Shown: positions 14,010-28,362 of the stretch, one piece after another
Numbering within the stretch: the first letter of the stretch is position 1
How the letters are laid out: each line of letters starts with the position of its first letter
Position numbers and translations under genes: made by a program
Assembly (NCBI RefSeq): GCF_009914755.1
Contig: NC_060933.1
DNA from: the human T2T-CHM13v2.0 reference genome, Homo sapiens
DNA: 64,000 nt
Reading direction: 5' to 3' (one strand)
The notes under the pieces: generated by a model
What the model saw: the letters and a program-made list of their open reading frames with translations, nothing else
What the model was told of the DNA's origin: nothing
Databases searched by the model: none

Positions 14010-15353
14010 TTATTTCTTGATGTGTTTCATGAGTTTTGTTTGAGGCTTATTGGTGATTAGACTCAAATTATACATCTCTAATTACAGTATCATAGAAGTG
14101 ATGCTGTGTTCTTCCCAATGCATCCTATCCTGCCATGTGGCAAACAATTTAAATCTGTCCCTTTACCAACAATGTTCACTTTGATCATTTAATTAAGAAA
14201 ATGTCTTCCAGACTTCTCCAGTGCAGTTATTCTTTTCCTCTTTGAAATTGATGGAAATTTGGCGGGAGGTATTTTGAAACTAGGTAAATACTCCATTCCT
14301 CATCAAATTTTCAATTTATTCATTTATTTAATTATACCTATAAAAATTCATAGCTTCCTATTTTATTTATTAAGAAATACTCTCTTTATTTATTTTGATG
14401 CTCAAATTGACCCCAGTTTGACCAACAAGAACTTATTAAAGCTAGCTTAGCTTCTGTGTCGTGTTGACGCTTTTTCATCACTCTTTGAGCACTTCCTTTC
14501 TTTCATTTGTTATAAGTTCCTTATTCATCTTGTATTTTCCAAGCCCAAGGCCTGAAATCAACTAACTCATTTTAAAGAAAAATTGTATTTAAAAACCAAG
14601 ATTTGGGTACTAGGTGTGCGCATTGCTACTAGGGTATCATTACCCCTGGTTTCTCCTCAGTGGACAAAAGAAACGGAAAAATATTAAATAATTACATACA
14701 ATCATATGCATTTATATTTATACTTATATTTATTTCTATATCCATCCATCTATATTGAAAAACACAAGATAACACTAATGCCTCCAATTCCAATTCAATA
14801 TCACAGAATTTATTTCTTTTATTCCCTATTCTGTATTTGTAACTCCCCTCTCCAAAGGAAGAAAAATGATTATATTAATATATTTACTTATATTGTCAGT
14901 CCTCTGTGGGCAGCCAGTCTTCCATCTTTGTCACCACCTCACGCCCCACACAGATGCCCTCCTCACAATGTTCAGTCTCTGACTCCACATTTCTGATTAC
15001 GCTCCCATGTGGATGGCCTCTGTCCCCACCTGGAATCTGACATTCAATGCCAGTCTGCCCTCCTTCATGTACTTCTCAGGCTCTAACACCTATGCCAAGC
15101 CCCACCCCCACTCGTAGACCTTTTCTTCATTTTACTCAGGCTTCATACACCAGGACATCTTCCTGTGCATATCCACCTCACTGGCTCAGGCTCTGATACC
15201 CTACATCAGTTTTCTATCACTCCCCCTCCACCTTCCCATGTGGACCCTCTCCTCATCCTGCTTGGGTTCTGACTTATTCCCCACATGAGGCTGCCCACAG
15301 CCCCACATGAACGTCCTCTTCATTCTTCTCAAGCTCTAACACGCCACACCAGC
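14010..15353 (-). mobile_element. L1MC4/5-type 3' region, part 2 (includes degenerate minisatellite)
   Basis: 'tgattagactcaaattatacatc...catagaagtgatgctgtgttctt...ttcactttgatcatttaattaag' continues the element broken at 10285. Confidence 0.65.
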
Positions 15354-15724
15354 TGATATGGTTTGGCTCCGTAACCCCACCCAAATATCATCTTGAATTG
15401 TAGTCCCCACATGTCGAGGGAGGGGCCTGGTGGGAGGTGACTGGATCATGGGCATGGTGTCCCCCATGCTGTTCTTATAACAGTGAGGGAGTTCTCATGA
15501 GAGCTGATGGCTTTAAAAGTGTTTGGCAGTTTTCCCTTTGCTCTCTCATTCTCTCCTGCCACCATGTAAGAAGTGCCTTGCTTCCCCTTCACCTTCTGCC
15601 ATGATTGTAATTTTCCTGAGGCCTCCCCAGCTAAAAAGAACTGTGAGTCAATTTAACCTTTTTCTTTATAAATTATCCAGTCTCTAGTAGTTTCTTTATA
15701 GCAGTGTGAAAACACATTAATACA
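15354..15724 (+). mobile_element. THE1D-like solo LTR
   Basis: tgatatggtttggct ... gcagtgtgaaaacacattaataca; perfect 5-bp TSD CCAGC (15349-15353, 15725-15729). Confidence 0.95.
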
Positions 15725-15744
15725 CCAGCCCACAAGGATTCCCA

Positions 15745-16350
15745 CAGAATGATCTTTAAAGCCTAATCCAGATCATGGCACTGCTTACAACTTTCTAATC
15801 TTAGGATAAAATCCTAAGTACATATCAGGGCTTAAAATATATTACATCAACTGGCTTCTTCACTTGCTATCTCTCTGATCTTGTTTCTTATTATTCACTC
15901 CTTTTTTTAAGCACCCAGTCCAACCATTCTTGTCTTCCTGTCATTCCCAAGACATGCCAACCTCCTATGCATAACAGAGCCTTTATTTATTTATTTATTT
16001 TCTTCTATCTGTACTGAAGTGTTTTGTGATCAGGTATTCTATGCAGTTCTCATTCAAGATATTCTGGTCTCTGTTCAAAGTTGCTTTTCAGAGAGGACTT
16101 CCTAGATTATTGTATTTTATAATCCCCACACACAACAGTTTCTATCCAACATTCTTTCCAACTTTTTCTGGAGAACACTTGTCAGTACATAGATTGGCTT
16201 ACTTGTATTTTGTTTTGTTATTTATAGGCCTTATTCCACACAGTCAGCAGAGAGAGTCTATTTAGCTCAATACCACATCCCCTATATCTATAACTGAAAA
16301 ACACAACTTATTGGCATATTTAGTCATAAATACATTTTTGTGAAATGAAT
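15745..16350 (+). mobile_element. L2 fragment 4 (3' end)
   Basis: 'agaatgatctttaaa...cagatcatg...ggataaaatcc' through tail 'catttttgtgaaatgaat'. Confidence 0.7.
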
Positions 16351-16789
16351 ACTAAAGCTAGCTGCAACAGAGCCTCATTGCAAAGAAGGGATGGATAGAT
16401 GAATAGATATATGATAAGTGAGTAATGGTGATCCTTCTTTGACATCTGGGACTTCATTGATTACAAAAGCTTAACATCTTGACTTGGCTAACAAGCAGTC
16501 AGCCTCTCACCTCTTACTTTGTCCTTACTCTGTATCCCTCCCAGATAATGTTCCCAGAGAGAGGAGACCTGAGACATGCTTCTCTCTTGAATCATCTCAA
16601 CTAGGTCTCTTGATCAATGTTGACAAGAACAGAAAGAATAAATAATGGTAGGAAAGTGACATGAAAGAATTAATGAGACTTACTAGGAGGTAAAAGAAGA
16701 AGTAGTATCTCATTTTTCTGTGATGGTGAGACGGATTTCTTGGAATATCTTTCACAGATCAGTTGAATATTCTGTTGCCACATCATGGA

Positions 16790-16910
16790 AAGAAAGACTT
16801 GTTATAGGACTGTCTACTCCCTCAACCTGTGTACTTTTGTGCATTCCCAACATATAGCATATTGCTAAACACACAGCAGATGCTATATAACTACTTAATG
16901 AACAAATGTG
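16790..16910 (+). mobile_element. L2 3' tail fragment
   Basis: 'gcattcccaacatatagcat...acacagcagatgct...ttaatgaacaaatg'. Confidence 0.5.
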
Positions 16911-18821
16911 TACTTGGATGATTTTACTTGTGATAGGAGTTTGGATGGAGTTTCAACTCAGAACAAAAGAGAATGTACCATATTTTACTGAAGGTCCGTA
17001 ATTTTAAATCATTATAAATTATTGATATTCTTTGAATACTACCTCAGAGGACAAGCACAACCTGGGACAGTGTTGGGAAGCCTAGTACTAAGAAAAGACA
17101 AGGAGTTGAGATTTATTTTTAAAACATGATATCTAATAAAGAATGATAATTTCAGAAAGGACTCCTATATTCTTGGCCTGATCTTTTCACATTTTAAGAA
17201 CCTCAGAAAATCATACACTTTAATAACTTGTTTTCACCCTAGGTTCCACTACTAATAACTAGATTTAATTCTTCTCTGTAAGATTCGTTGTATTATTCAT
17301 CAGAAATTTCTTCAGAAAAATAAATGATTATTTTTAAGTATATTTTAACTTTAATAAGTTTATAGTCATGGATGTAGACTACTTAGAAAGCACAAAAAAT
17401 GGATAAATTATTTGTTTGAGAGTTTCCTACGAATTTTTTCCTCTTCGATTCTGGTTCATTTATACTTTTTGGTGTGGTCTTATGGTGACATTGCCCGGAT
17501 CTAAGCATCCTCACATAAAAATCAACCAAGGTTAAAGCTGAAGAAAGTGACTTTCCATTAAATCATTGCTTTTTATTTCAGTGATGTTTTCCTTTCCTGA
17601 GGGATTGGCAGGATAGTGCATGGTGTTTATGTGTAGCTTCTTGCATTCCTGAGTGCCTTACAAGATTTTCATGGGAATACATTTAGTTGGCATATTATAA
17701 AGAGAGCATACTCCTAAAAAGATGTTTATTTATCATTTTCTATTCTTGAGTTGGTCAAACTAGTCTTTACTACTTACAGCAAGTTCAAATATTTGGCATT
17801 GGCAAACACAGGGCTTTCAATATTTTAATTGAAAGTTTAATGCTGACTGACTTTATTAGATGCAGTTCAAGAATCCAGTTAGGAGAAATACATAATTTTT
17901 TTCCATTCAACACATAAGACACAGAGAAAAAGACATTTGCAATTATTTCTACCTTGCAGAGAATTTAACTTCTGTATGGACGTCCAATATGTAGGTCAAC
18001 TTACCCTTTTGCCAGGCATTGTTCTCGCATTCAGCAGGATTCTGCTGGCTTGGTATCTTCAGAGAGCACAACAATGACAGGTTTTTCTGATGAATTCAAG
18101 TGACAACTAGCTATTAGGAAATACCTGGGGCTATGAGCTGTTGATTCAGCTGAACTCTTTACATATCTAAATCCAATTGATTTCTGAGTGTCAATAGGCC
18201 TTTGGCTTTTGAGTCAGAAGAAGCCTGAGAGTGACTAGGAAAAGACATGAAGGCTGGCATAGAAGTTAGTGTTTCTACTTCTACTTTATGGTGGAATATT
18301 TTTGTGGTTCTCAAGAAATGTCCAACCCCTGGTTTGGTAAAGACTTGCCATTCTGGATTAAATTTGCATCAGCAGTTCATTTGGCACAGAAATAGTCATT
18401 TATTTGGATTCCACCTTTCCTACTCTTGAACATTATTCTTCAGTTACTTTTAAGAATCTTCCATGGTCTGTCCATAATTTTCTCTATACTGTATAGTTCA
18501 GTTGGTCAAAGTTGTCTTTTCTGTCTTCTATTCTTCCAAAAGCTCTCTTCTCTGTGAGCGTCTTGAGTCCATCTCTAGTTTCTTAGACACCTCATCTCTT
18601 TATTTGTAGAGGAAGAGCTTTAGGTTATCCCTTGGTATGTTTGGATAAGGTATGTGAGAAAGACAGAAAAGTTTTTTATGCTAAGGTGACAGAACCCAAA
18701 CTGGTAGAATTCCAAACATCGGCCAGTAAATGGGGAAGAATCTTCCCACAGTCATGACTCATTTTCTGCAGGTGCAAATATTTAAGTTATATTATAGATA
18801 GTATTTTCAGAATTGAAAAGC

Positions 18822-19107
18822 AGCCGAGGTGGCCAGATCACCTGAGGTCAGGAGTTTGAGACCAGCCTGGCCAACATGGCAAAACCCCATCTCTACTAAA
18901 AGTACAAAAATTAGCCAGGCAAGGTGGCAGGCACCTGTAATCCCAGCTAATCAGGAGGCTGAAGCAGGAGAATAACTTGAAACTGGGAAGCAGAGGTTGC
19001 AGTGAGCCGAGATTGTGCCACTGCACCCCAGCCTGGGTGACAAGAGTGAGACTCCACCTCAAAAAAAAAAAAAAAAAAGAAAAAAGAAAGAAAGAAAGAA
19101 AAGAAAA
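18822..19107 (+). mobile_element. AluSq-like, 5' ~40 nt missing, A/(GAAA)n tail
   Basis: 'gatcacctgaggtcaggagtttgagacc', 'gacaagagtgagactcc'. Confidence 0.92.
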
Positions 19108-19172
19108 GGCAAATCTCCCAAATTTCCAACGAGCAGACCTCACTAGACTTAATGGCTTAAGAATGCAAACTT

Positions 19173-19460
19173 GGCCAGGCACGGTGGCTCATGCCTGTAA
19201 TCCCAGCACTTTGGGAGGCCAAGGTAACTGGATCACGAGTTCAGGATTTCAAGACCAGCCTGGCCAAGACGGTGGAACCCGTCTCTACTAAAAAATACAA
19301 AAATTAGCTGGGCGTGGTGGTGGGCACCTGTAATCCCAGCTACTCAGGAGGCTGAGGCAGAGAATTGCTTGAACCTGGGAGGCGGAGGTTGCAGTGAGCT
19401 GAGATCTCACCACTGCGCTCCAGCCTGGGCGATAGAGTGAGACTCCATCTCAAAAAAAAA
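19173..19460 (+). mobile_element. AluSg-group
   Basis: Full dimer; perfect TSD aagaatgcaaactt (19159-19172, 19459-19472). Confidence 0.95.
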
Positions 19461-19554
19461 GAATGCAAACTTGTTAATTAGCTAGTTACTTAGATGCAAA
19501 ACTAACCAAAAGTTGGAAAACAAACATATCTCTGAGAACATAAGTACAAACTCA

Positions 19555-19960
19555 CGTTAGGCAGACCTGGGCAAAAATCCTACTTCTGCCACTAACTAGA
19601 TTTTTGACAATGAGCAAATTTACTTTGACACTGTAACAGTAACTTAGGCCTTATTTTTCTCTTCTATAAAATAGAAAGAAACCCACTGGTTTCTTAAAAT
19701 GTGACAGAAATCTACATGAGACATCTAACAAGACATTTGTAACCAAGGTGATTTTTCTGGCCAGGTAAGCAAAGCAAGCATCTCTTTCACCCCTATGGTT
19801 CCAGGTGGACCCTAAAACTTGGTTGATAAAAACAGCTTTCCAATTTAGAAGACCATTCTCTGAAGATTACAGTACATCTTAATAAGGTTGCTATGAAATA
19901 CAAATAAGAACACAAAGTACATTGCATTGTGCCTACACACAGTGGGCTGTTAATGTTAAC
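19555..19960 (+). mobile_element. MIR fragments
   Basis: 'cagacctgggcaaaaatcctacttctgccactaactag...ctcttctataaaatag' and 3' part 'aaggttgctatgaaat...gtgcctacacacagt'. Confidence 0.6.
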
Positions 19961-20635
19961 CTTTCATCTTTATAATGTTAATAACTATAATAATGATAGT
20001 AAGAGGTAATGGAAAAATCTGAGAAATAGTCAAAATATGATGAGGCTAGTGGTCAGATTGGACTCATGGGATCAGGGCATTGGTCAGATCACCATAGTCT
20101 GGAGTTTGTCTTCAGCATGTTGGTTCAGAAGACACAGTTGATCACTACTAGGGAATGATTCACAACGACCAAACTCACAAACAGATGTAATCATTTAGGA
20201 GAAAAGTCATTCTCACACGCAAAGATCCCGATATTTTCAATTCAACTCACCAGAAGAAATCAGATTAACTTAAGCTTTAGAGAGTTGAATTAGAACCAGG
20301 GGAGGAAGTTGGCTTATGTTAAAGACAAAAGTACATTTTGTAAAGCTGAGGAATCTGTTTCCACTGCTGGGATTGATTTAGCACATGAATGATAAGGGTA
20401 AGATATTATATAGGGGTGCCAAAACTTTCTATCTTCCAGGCACTTCTGGTGTCATACTGCATTTAGGTCTTACTATTTTTTTCTCCCCCATTTTTGTCTC
20501 CAAGTTCATCAATTTCCTTCCACTGCCAATTTATTCATTCTCTTTTTCTTTTATCCTTCCTTTATATTTTTCCTTCTTTAAGGAAAAGTCTCTTTATTTT
20601 TGTAGACTGGATAAAATACCTTTCAATAGTTTTTA

Positions 20636-20981
<346 letters not shown>

Positions 20982-21699
20982 TTAATGCTGTTCAATGGCC
21001 TTTCTTGACCGCTCAATTCACATATTGACACTGTGAGTTATATTTGTAGCTGAGTGATTTTATTCAATGCACATTGATTTTGGCTGAAGCTAAGATTAAC
21101 TTCATATTCTGGAGGCAGTGTGCTTCACTTGCACCATGCATACTATAAATATGCTGATAAAACCTATAATGCATCTGAAGTGCACTATTACAACAGAAAT
21201 GAGTAGCAGACATGTAATAATTTTCTGTGGGAAAGGTTTCAGAGTTGAACCTGAGATGCTAGAAACTTTTGTCCCTATGCCTGTAAATTTTCCCATCATC
21301 CCAGACTTCTGTGTTCCAGCCCACCTTTCATAGCGGCTCCCAGGTCTGAGAGTGATGGAAATTCTGCCTCTCAGAATCGGAATCAGTTGTATTAATAAAA
21401 AAGAACAGGACCAGTCGGTGGGCTTCCAGCCAGAATTTGCCCTACCTTCTAGCCTTTTCAATATCCTTTACTAAGACTCCCAATCAGAATTTTTCTCTTT
21501 TCTTGCCTGTTGTGGTCTTGTCTAGAGATTTCTGTGTAGAATGTTTTGGTTGCTTCCAACGTATTTTTATTTAAGTAAAAATAAGCAGCTCTCTGCCTAT
21601 GGTTGTTGTGGGGACGGGAGGTTAAGATTATATAATACATGGAAACAATTTACTAGGATGCCTAAAAAATATGAAGTGTTCAATAATCTATGCCTCTTC

Positions 21700-21780
21700 C
21701 TTACACTAAACAATAAGCACCATGAAAGTGATATCACATTCCCTGAACTTAATACAGGGCCTAGAAGGTGGTCAGTCCTC

Positions 21781-21811
<31 letters not shown>

Positions 21812-21838
21812 GAGGAGAATGAAATGAATGAATGATGA
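21700..21838 (+). mobile_element. L2 3' tail with expanded A28 tract
   Basis: 'aataagcaccatgaaag...cagggcctag...(A)28gttgaggagaatgaaatgaatgaatg'. Confidence 0.5.
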
Positions 21839-22257
21839 GAGGAAAGGAGGAATTTTAAAAACCCTTTTACATAGCTTCCTTTTCCTTTTTAAAACTTGGA
21901 GTCCAAGAGCTTTTCATCCTTTTCCACCAAAGAACCCCAAAAAGAAGACAGTAAACATTGCCTGGAAGAACAGAGACCTAGCTCAATGTGGCTGGCCCTA
22001 GCGCAGAAGATTTTGAATAATTGTTTAAAAATCACATTTGGGGGTATGTATCTCTGACTTTCTAAATGATAATTTCTGTGAATAAAATCTCACATCCTCA
22101 TGTTATTTTTGCACACTGAAGTTTGTGTGCCAGTGCTTGAAAGAAAACAAAATTGCACATGGATGCTAATGGTGGTTTTGTTTTTTAGGATTAAACAAAG
22201 TGCCATCTACTATTAAAGAAAACAAGAATTGGACTTTCTTAAGCTTTTAATCACAGG

Positions 22258-23127
22258 GGCTAGAGCTACAATATTCTAGACACTAGTCATTTGTGGCTAT
22301 TTAAATTTAAGTAATTAAAATAAAATGTAAATATCCAGTTTTGCAGTCACACTAACCACATTTCAAGTGGTCAATAGCCATATACGGCTACAAGCTACAG
22401 TACTGGGAAGCACAGCTCCACGCTGCCTAACAGGTTCTTCCTGCCCACTGCACAAATAAAAACCACGGCATTGCAGTAAAGGAAGAGTTTAATTGATGCA
22501 AGGTCAGCAGCACCATGGGGGAGATGAAGTATGAAGTTATTACTCAAATCAATCTCCCTAAAAACTTGGGGATGAGGGTTTTTAAGGATAATTTGGTGGG
22601 TAGAGGGTTAGAAAGTGGGGAGTACGGATTGGTTGGATTGAAGACGGGATCATAGGGAGTTGAAGCTGTCCTCTTGTGCTGAGTTGGTTCCTGAGGTGGG
22701 GACCACAAGACCAGATGAGCCAGTTTATCAATCTGGGTGGCATCAGCTGGTGCACGGAAATGCAGGGATGTGCACAATATCTCAAGTACTGATCTCAGGT
22801 TTTACAATAGTGGCTCCCAAGCCATTTTTTCTAATCTTGTGGCTAATTTTGCTAGGCCTGCAAAGGCAGTCTAGTCCCCAGGCAAGAAGGTGGTTTGTTT
22901 GGGGAAGAGGCTGTTATCATCTTTGTTTCAAAGTTAAACTATAAACTAAGTTTCTCCCAAAGTTAGTTTGGCCTATGCCTAGGAATGAACTATGCCATAG
23001 TTTTGCCTATGCCTAGGAATGAACAAGGATAGTTTGGAGGCTAGACACAAGATGGAGATAGTCAGGTCAGTTAAAATGTTTGCAAAGGCTGTTTCAATCA
23101 CAGAAAGTTCCATAGGAGAGCGCTGCT
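22258..23127. mobile_element. MER3 (hAT-Charlie MITE) split by an LTR8
   Basis: 'cactagtcatttgtggctatttaaatttaa...cagtcacactaaccacatttcaagtg' (22258-22420), resumes 'atcacagaaagttccataggagagcgctg' (23097-23127). Confidence 0.75.
22421..23096 (-). mobile_element. LTR8/LTR8A (ERV1) solo LTR
   Basis: 'tactcaaatcaatctccc...gtttttaaggataatttggtgggtag...aaactataaactaagtttctcccaaagttag...tttgcaaaggctgtttca'. Confidence 0.85.
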
Positions 23128-23994
23128 CAGGAGAAATGAGTTTATCAGGGCTGGGATACAACAACTGAAGACAGTGGCACAAAAGCTAAGAAGATGCTAA
23201 AGACCTATAAGGACTTCTCCACCCCAAATTAGCACACAGGGTCAGAGGAAAGGAGAGGAATTGGAAGAGAACTAATATATGCCAGGAACAGTGCCCTGGC
23301 AAGGCAGCTGCACCCAGAAACAACTCTACTCCAAGGAAGGGGAAGCACTAGACTTTGGCATATAGATAATCTTCTCTGCCACAAACATCCACGATCTTTA
23401 GAAAAAGATTGCTGAATTTACAAAGGTACTGAATTGGAAAGTCAAAAGAAGGGCTGCGTTTCTTGTTGCGTTGAAAATGGTGTGTGGAAAGCAGTCGTGG
23501 TGCTGGAAATAAGAATTTGAAAAGCAAAAGAGGCCGTGGACTCAATTTCCCCTGGCGTGGAGTTGGATACTCACAGCAATCTTACCTATAAAAGTATATA
23601 GACTGTTAAAACCTATCAGAATTAGTATCGCATTTGTACATTGGACCTCAATAAAAAATTAACAAAAAATGTACGTATGCTTTATTTAATCCTCAAAAGC
23701 ATCCTATGTGAAAGCCACAGGTTCTCAGGTTTCACAAACTTACTCAAGGTCACACAGCACTTACAGTAACTTAGATTTTTTTAAATGGTAATTAATTTTG
23801 TATTGTATTCATTTTTACTTCTATAGGACATGAGCACAGATACCTCCAGGTAATTGCTGTCAAAGAAAGATAAGCAAACTATAAATCATGTGTATAAAGT
23901 ACTGGCATCTAGACCTTAACCCAGGAAAGATGGTTCTGGGTCAGCACAACTGTGGTTTATTTTTAAGAACAACGACTATGAAGTATTTGGATCC

Positions 23995-24289
<295 letters not shown>

Positions 24290-25659
24290 GTATTTGAATC
24301 CAGGTCTTTTGAAGTCTCAGGCATTGACCATCTTGGTCTGTGAAGTCCTCACTATGATAAATATGCCAATTATGCAGCCTTCAAGTAGATCCTCAGTTAC
24401 ATGTACCTGAGGCAGGGAAAGGACTAAAGCCAAAAGCTCAATTACAGGCACCACTATGGAGAGTCACGGCCCCTTATTTGAGGCTGAAACAAAATATCAG
24501 AAACCCACCCAAGGATAATCCAGACTTCCGAAATTAGCAGGCGATCAACTGAAAAGTCCAGACATTGTTCTATATCATCTGTCAACAAGAACCACTTTCC
24601 TTTCTGTTCTTTCATGTCTCTGATTTTCAAGAATTCGTTTAAGATTACAGGAGGCAGTGAGTTTTAATTAAAAGTAAATTGAATAGATTAGCAGACTGGA
24701 AAATGAAGTCAATTATTCCTGATATTTTCTCATAATTCTATAAATTTATATTGCACTATGGATAAGCCCAAATTTTATTACCTTGTATTTTAAATTTAAT
24801 ATATATTTATAAATATATTTCATGGACCCATCCTACAATTATAGCCATTCAAATGATTTTGTTAAGAAATCCATATTAAAAATGTTTCATATATGTAACA
24901 TATATGTAAACCTTAATAGCACATAGCTATTAACGAAAGTCAATAATATTGTAGAAGGTTTAATGTCTAATTAAGGAAAGATGAATTATTTTTCAAGGAT
25001 GAAAGACAATAAAATATTCAGATTATTTCGGAGCAATAGTAGGAGAGGGGGCTGATTGTGAAAGGAGGTTTCTCTTATAAAAGAAAGAAAATATCAGGCC
25101 AATTCTCCCAAAAGGGATCTATTCTGTGAAATGAAGAGTACGGCTGCATTAGGAGATAAGATCCAGGGGTCCATGTAATTTTTTAACAGATAATTACATA
25201 TTGTAAATATGGTATTTAAATAGTGATGTTCTAGCAGTTTAAAATAGCAGAATATTTGAGAACAGAGAAGGTTGAAACTGTTATCAAAATGAATTAGACC
25301 TATGGAATTTATTATTGGTTATAATTTTTTTCTATCCTGTATATATTTTATTGTCCCTGTGTAAATTAATCAAAATTGCCAGTTATTGATTGAATGCTTA
25401 TCTTACGTAAGTAATTCCACTACATAAGCACTCACAGTGTTGTTAGGGTTGGGAAGTGGGGGAAAATAAACGCATTAAAACATGAGTGACAAGAAGAAGT
25501 TCAAAGCAATAGATGAAATTTCATGAGGCAGCTCCTGTGTCAGTGCCTGAGGAATCCTTCCCATGTTCTTACTAGCAGTGCAGAGGAGAAAGTGAACATT
25601 TCAACCTGAGAGATTACAGAAGAATTTGTTAATCATTTTTGGTTTTACTTATTTTAAAT

Positions 25660-26030
25660 ATTTACTTTTTTGGAAGTATAATTTATATACCCAAAGATGC
25701 ACTGATATTAAGTTTTCAGTTCTATGAGTTTTGACAATTGTATACACCCATGGAAACATAACCAAAATTAAATATCAAATATTTCCATCTCCTCAGAAAG
25801 GTAGCTCTTTCTAGCTAATCCCTTCTTCCCTATAATGTCTTCAGGGGCAATTATTATCTGATTCCTAGCATCATAAATTAATTTTCTCCATTCTTGGACT
25901 TTATATAATGGAATTATAGACTATGACCTCTATTCTGGCTTCTTTACAGCAGCAAGAATTTTCTGAGATTCATCCATATTGTTTCACATATTAGTACTTT
26001 GTTTCTTTCTAATGCTGAGTATTAATACTG
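25660..26030 (-). mobile_element. L1ME 3' end
   Basis: 'gaagtataatttatatac...cagttctatgagttttgacaattgtatacacccat...tgagattcatccatattg'. Confidence 0.75.
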
Positions 26031-26082
26031 CTATTCATTTCTTGATTATCTGTCCAAAGAAAGTTCATATATTTAAAATTAA

Positions 26083-26595
26083 TGTATTAATTTTGTATTG
26101 CTACATTAAAAAATTCACTGCAAACTGAGCAACTGATAACTGTACCTATTTATCAGCTTACAGTTCCTTAGGTCAGTCTTAGGCTCAGGTGGAGTGGGCT
26201 GAGTCTTCTGCTCAGAGTCTCAGATGACATGACTTAAATAAATCAAAGAGTCAGGCTGCCGAGCTGTTCTTTGGAGGCTCGTGGAAGAATCCGCTCAGTA
26301 GGGTGGTTGGAAGAATTTGGTTTCCATGGTCATGGGCCTGAGGTCTCCATTTCCTGGCTGGCAATCAGCTGGGGGAGCTCCTCTTAGGTTCTAGGCACCG
26401 CACCAACTGCACCACTCATCACTTGACCCTCTTCATCTTCAAGCCAACAAAAGAGCATCAAGTTCTTTTTGTGCTTAGAATCTGATTCCCTTTCACCTTC
26501 CTCCTCTATCACTAGCTGGAGAAAGTTTTCTGATTTTAAGGTTTCATGTGATTGAGATAGGCCCATGTGGATAAATTCCCCTTCTTAAGGCCAAC
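26083..26595 (-). mobile_element. MLT1 (D/E-like) LTR
   Basis: 'tgtattaattttgtattgct...tttatcagcttacagttc...ctgaggtctccatttcctggctgg...ttttaaggtttcatgtgattgagataggcccat'. Confidence 0.75.
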
Positions 26596-26695
26596 ACAAG
26601 TGATTTCTGTTTAGGTGACAGCTTTCTTATTGTAAGGATCAGTTGGTGATCTTTCTGGACAACTGTTTTCTTAAGTCTTTTGCAATGTTTTGGGC

Positions 26696-26701
<6 letters not shown>

Positions 26702-26745
<44 letters not shown>
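26702..26745. repeat. (TG)22 microsatellite
   Basis: Direct count of uninterrupted TG units. Confidence 0.98.
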
Positions 26746-26747
<2 letters not shown>

Positions 26748-28048
26748 TGTGTACTCAACAACTTAACCAAGTGTTTTATTTCCTTATGCCCTGGGTTTTT
26801 ATACTTTTGCTAGAGTTTGGCTTTTAGTTTGCTTTTGGTTGCCTCAATCAGTAACATTTTAATCTTGCCAAGAAGAGCTTTTGTCCAGGGGCCCACCCCA
26901 TCCTAATCTACAGAGCCCTGCTTTGTTGTTGTTTGTTTCTTTGGCCTTGCTCCCCTCCAGGACTGATGCATCCTCAGGGCCAACGAGATGTGCCCCCTAC
27001 CACAGAGCTCAGGATTACCCTTCCAAAGCATACTCTTGATACCTACAATCCCCAAAACCCTTGCCTACATGGCTCCAAGCCCAATTCCAGATTCTCTCCC
27101 CAGGACTAGCCATTCAAGGGCCAACCATGCTCCCACTACCTAAAAGATGTTTCCTAGAAGTCTAGACAGAGTTTGAATATCGTTGCTGGGGTATTCACAC
27201 ATGTGGAAATAAAGCCCTTCTCTATCAGTGTCAGAGTGAGAGTAACAATGTAAGAGGGAGGGCTGGGAGGTGGAAGCCAGCATGTAGTAATTCTAAATCC
27301 AATCCATGATTTCCAGAACTCCGTGAAATATGGATAAAACATACGTTGAGGTTGTTAGCTTCACCTATACTTTCTAAACATTTAAACCAATGGTATATTG
27401 CCCTTCATTTGCACTTTTCCTTCAGACCTGACAAATGTTACGGAGCAGGCCTAAACCCCCTAGACCTGGGAGTATAACCTATGTCCAGGTTCCAGGACTA
27501 TAGGTAGTAATTGGCCTGATTTTTTATGTTCCTTTTTTTTTTTCAGAGTCCCAGACGGGAACCAATTCCTTGTCACTTTCTTGCTCTAACAATAAGAGAT
27601 TTTTCTATTTTCCTTTCAGTAAGGGGCATCATTCCAGTGCCCACCTTTATGCGGGAGACTTAGTTATACCTCTCTACTTCCTATACGCCCAAGATATGAA
27701 TTCTGCCTCCAGGTGAAATTAAATTATTTTTCTAGTTTGTAGAGGCTATATCCATGACCATTATCCCTGGAACCACCATAGCATCATATTACAAGCTTAT
27801 AACTAGAGCCCTAGGTTCCTACTTACATCTGGCACCTGGGAAATTATCTTTTTTATTTAATGTCATCTATGTGTCCATAGCAGGAAAAGGGTCTCCATTA
27901 TCTTATTTCACTGTGCAAAAGGCATGAATCCTCCATCTTTACAATAATATGAATAAATCTATTAAGTACAACATGCATACTATAGGCCAAAAGATAAAGA
28001 TGTCATACAAAAAATGGAAAATAACTGAAATTTTAAAATTCAAGGATG

Positions 28049-28362
28049 GGCCAGACACATTGGCTCATGCCTGTAATCCCAGAAATTTGGGATGCCAAGG
28101 TGAGTGGATCACTGAGGTCAGGAGTTCAAGACCAGCCTGGCCAAAATAGTGAAACCCCGTCTTTACTAAAAAATACAAAAATTAGCCAGGCTTGGTGGTA
28201 TATGCCTGGATTCTCAGCTACTTACAACGCTGAGGCACAAGAATCGCGTGAACCCAGGAGGCAGAGACTGCTGTGAGCCGAGATCGCACCACTGCACTCC
28301 AGCCTGGGTGACAGAGCAAGACTCTGTCTCAAAAAACAAAACAAAACAAAAAAACATAAAAT
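28049..28362 (+). mobile_element. AluS
   Basis: Full dimer with (CAAAA)n tail; degraded TSD aaaattcaaggatgg / aaaattacaagatgg. Confidence 0.92.

Noticed and set aside
14930-15350. Repeat-spacer (CRISPR-like) appearance of the degenerate array
   Set aside because: Eukaryotic context, units are diverged tandem copies with no unique spacers, and no cas genes are present.
17960-18080. Possible exon: + strand acceptor at 17958, or - strand donor AGG|GTAAGT at ~18005 with a 52-nt exon
   Set aside because: Only one strong splice signal per strand, no recognisable peptide and no partner exons.
21781-21808. Long poly(A) tracts (also 43868-43898) as retrocopy tails
   Set aside because: Both lie at A-rich positions inside L2 and MLT1 sequence with no TSD; simple expansions.
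26600-27900. Possible HAL1/L1ME 5' remnant
   Set aside because: Too diverged to assign by eye.
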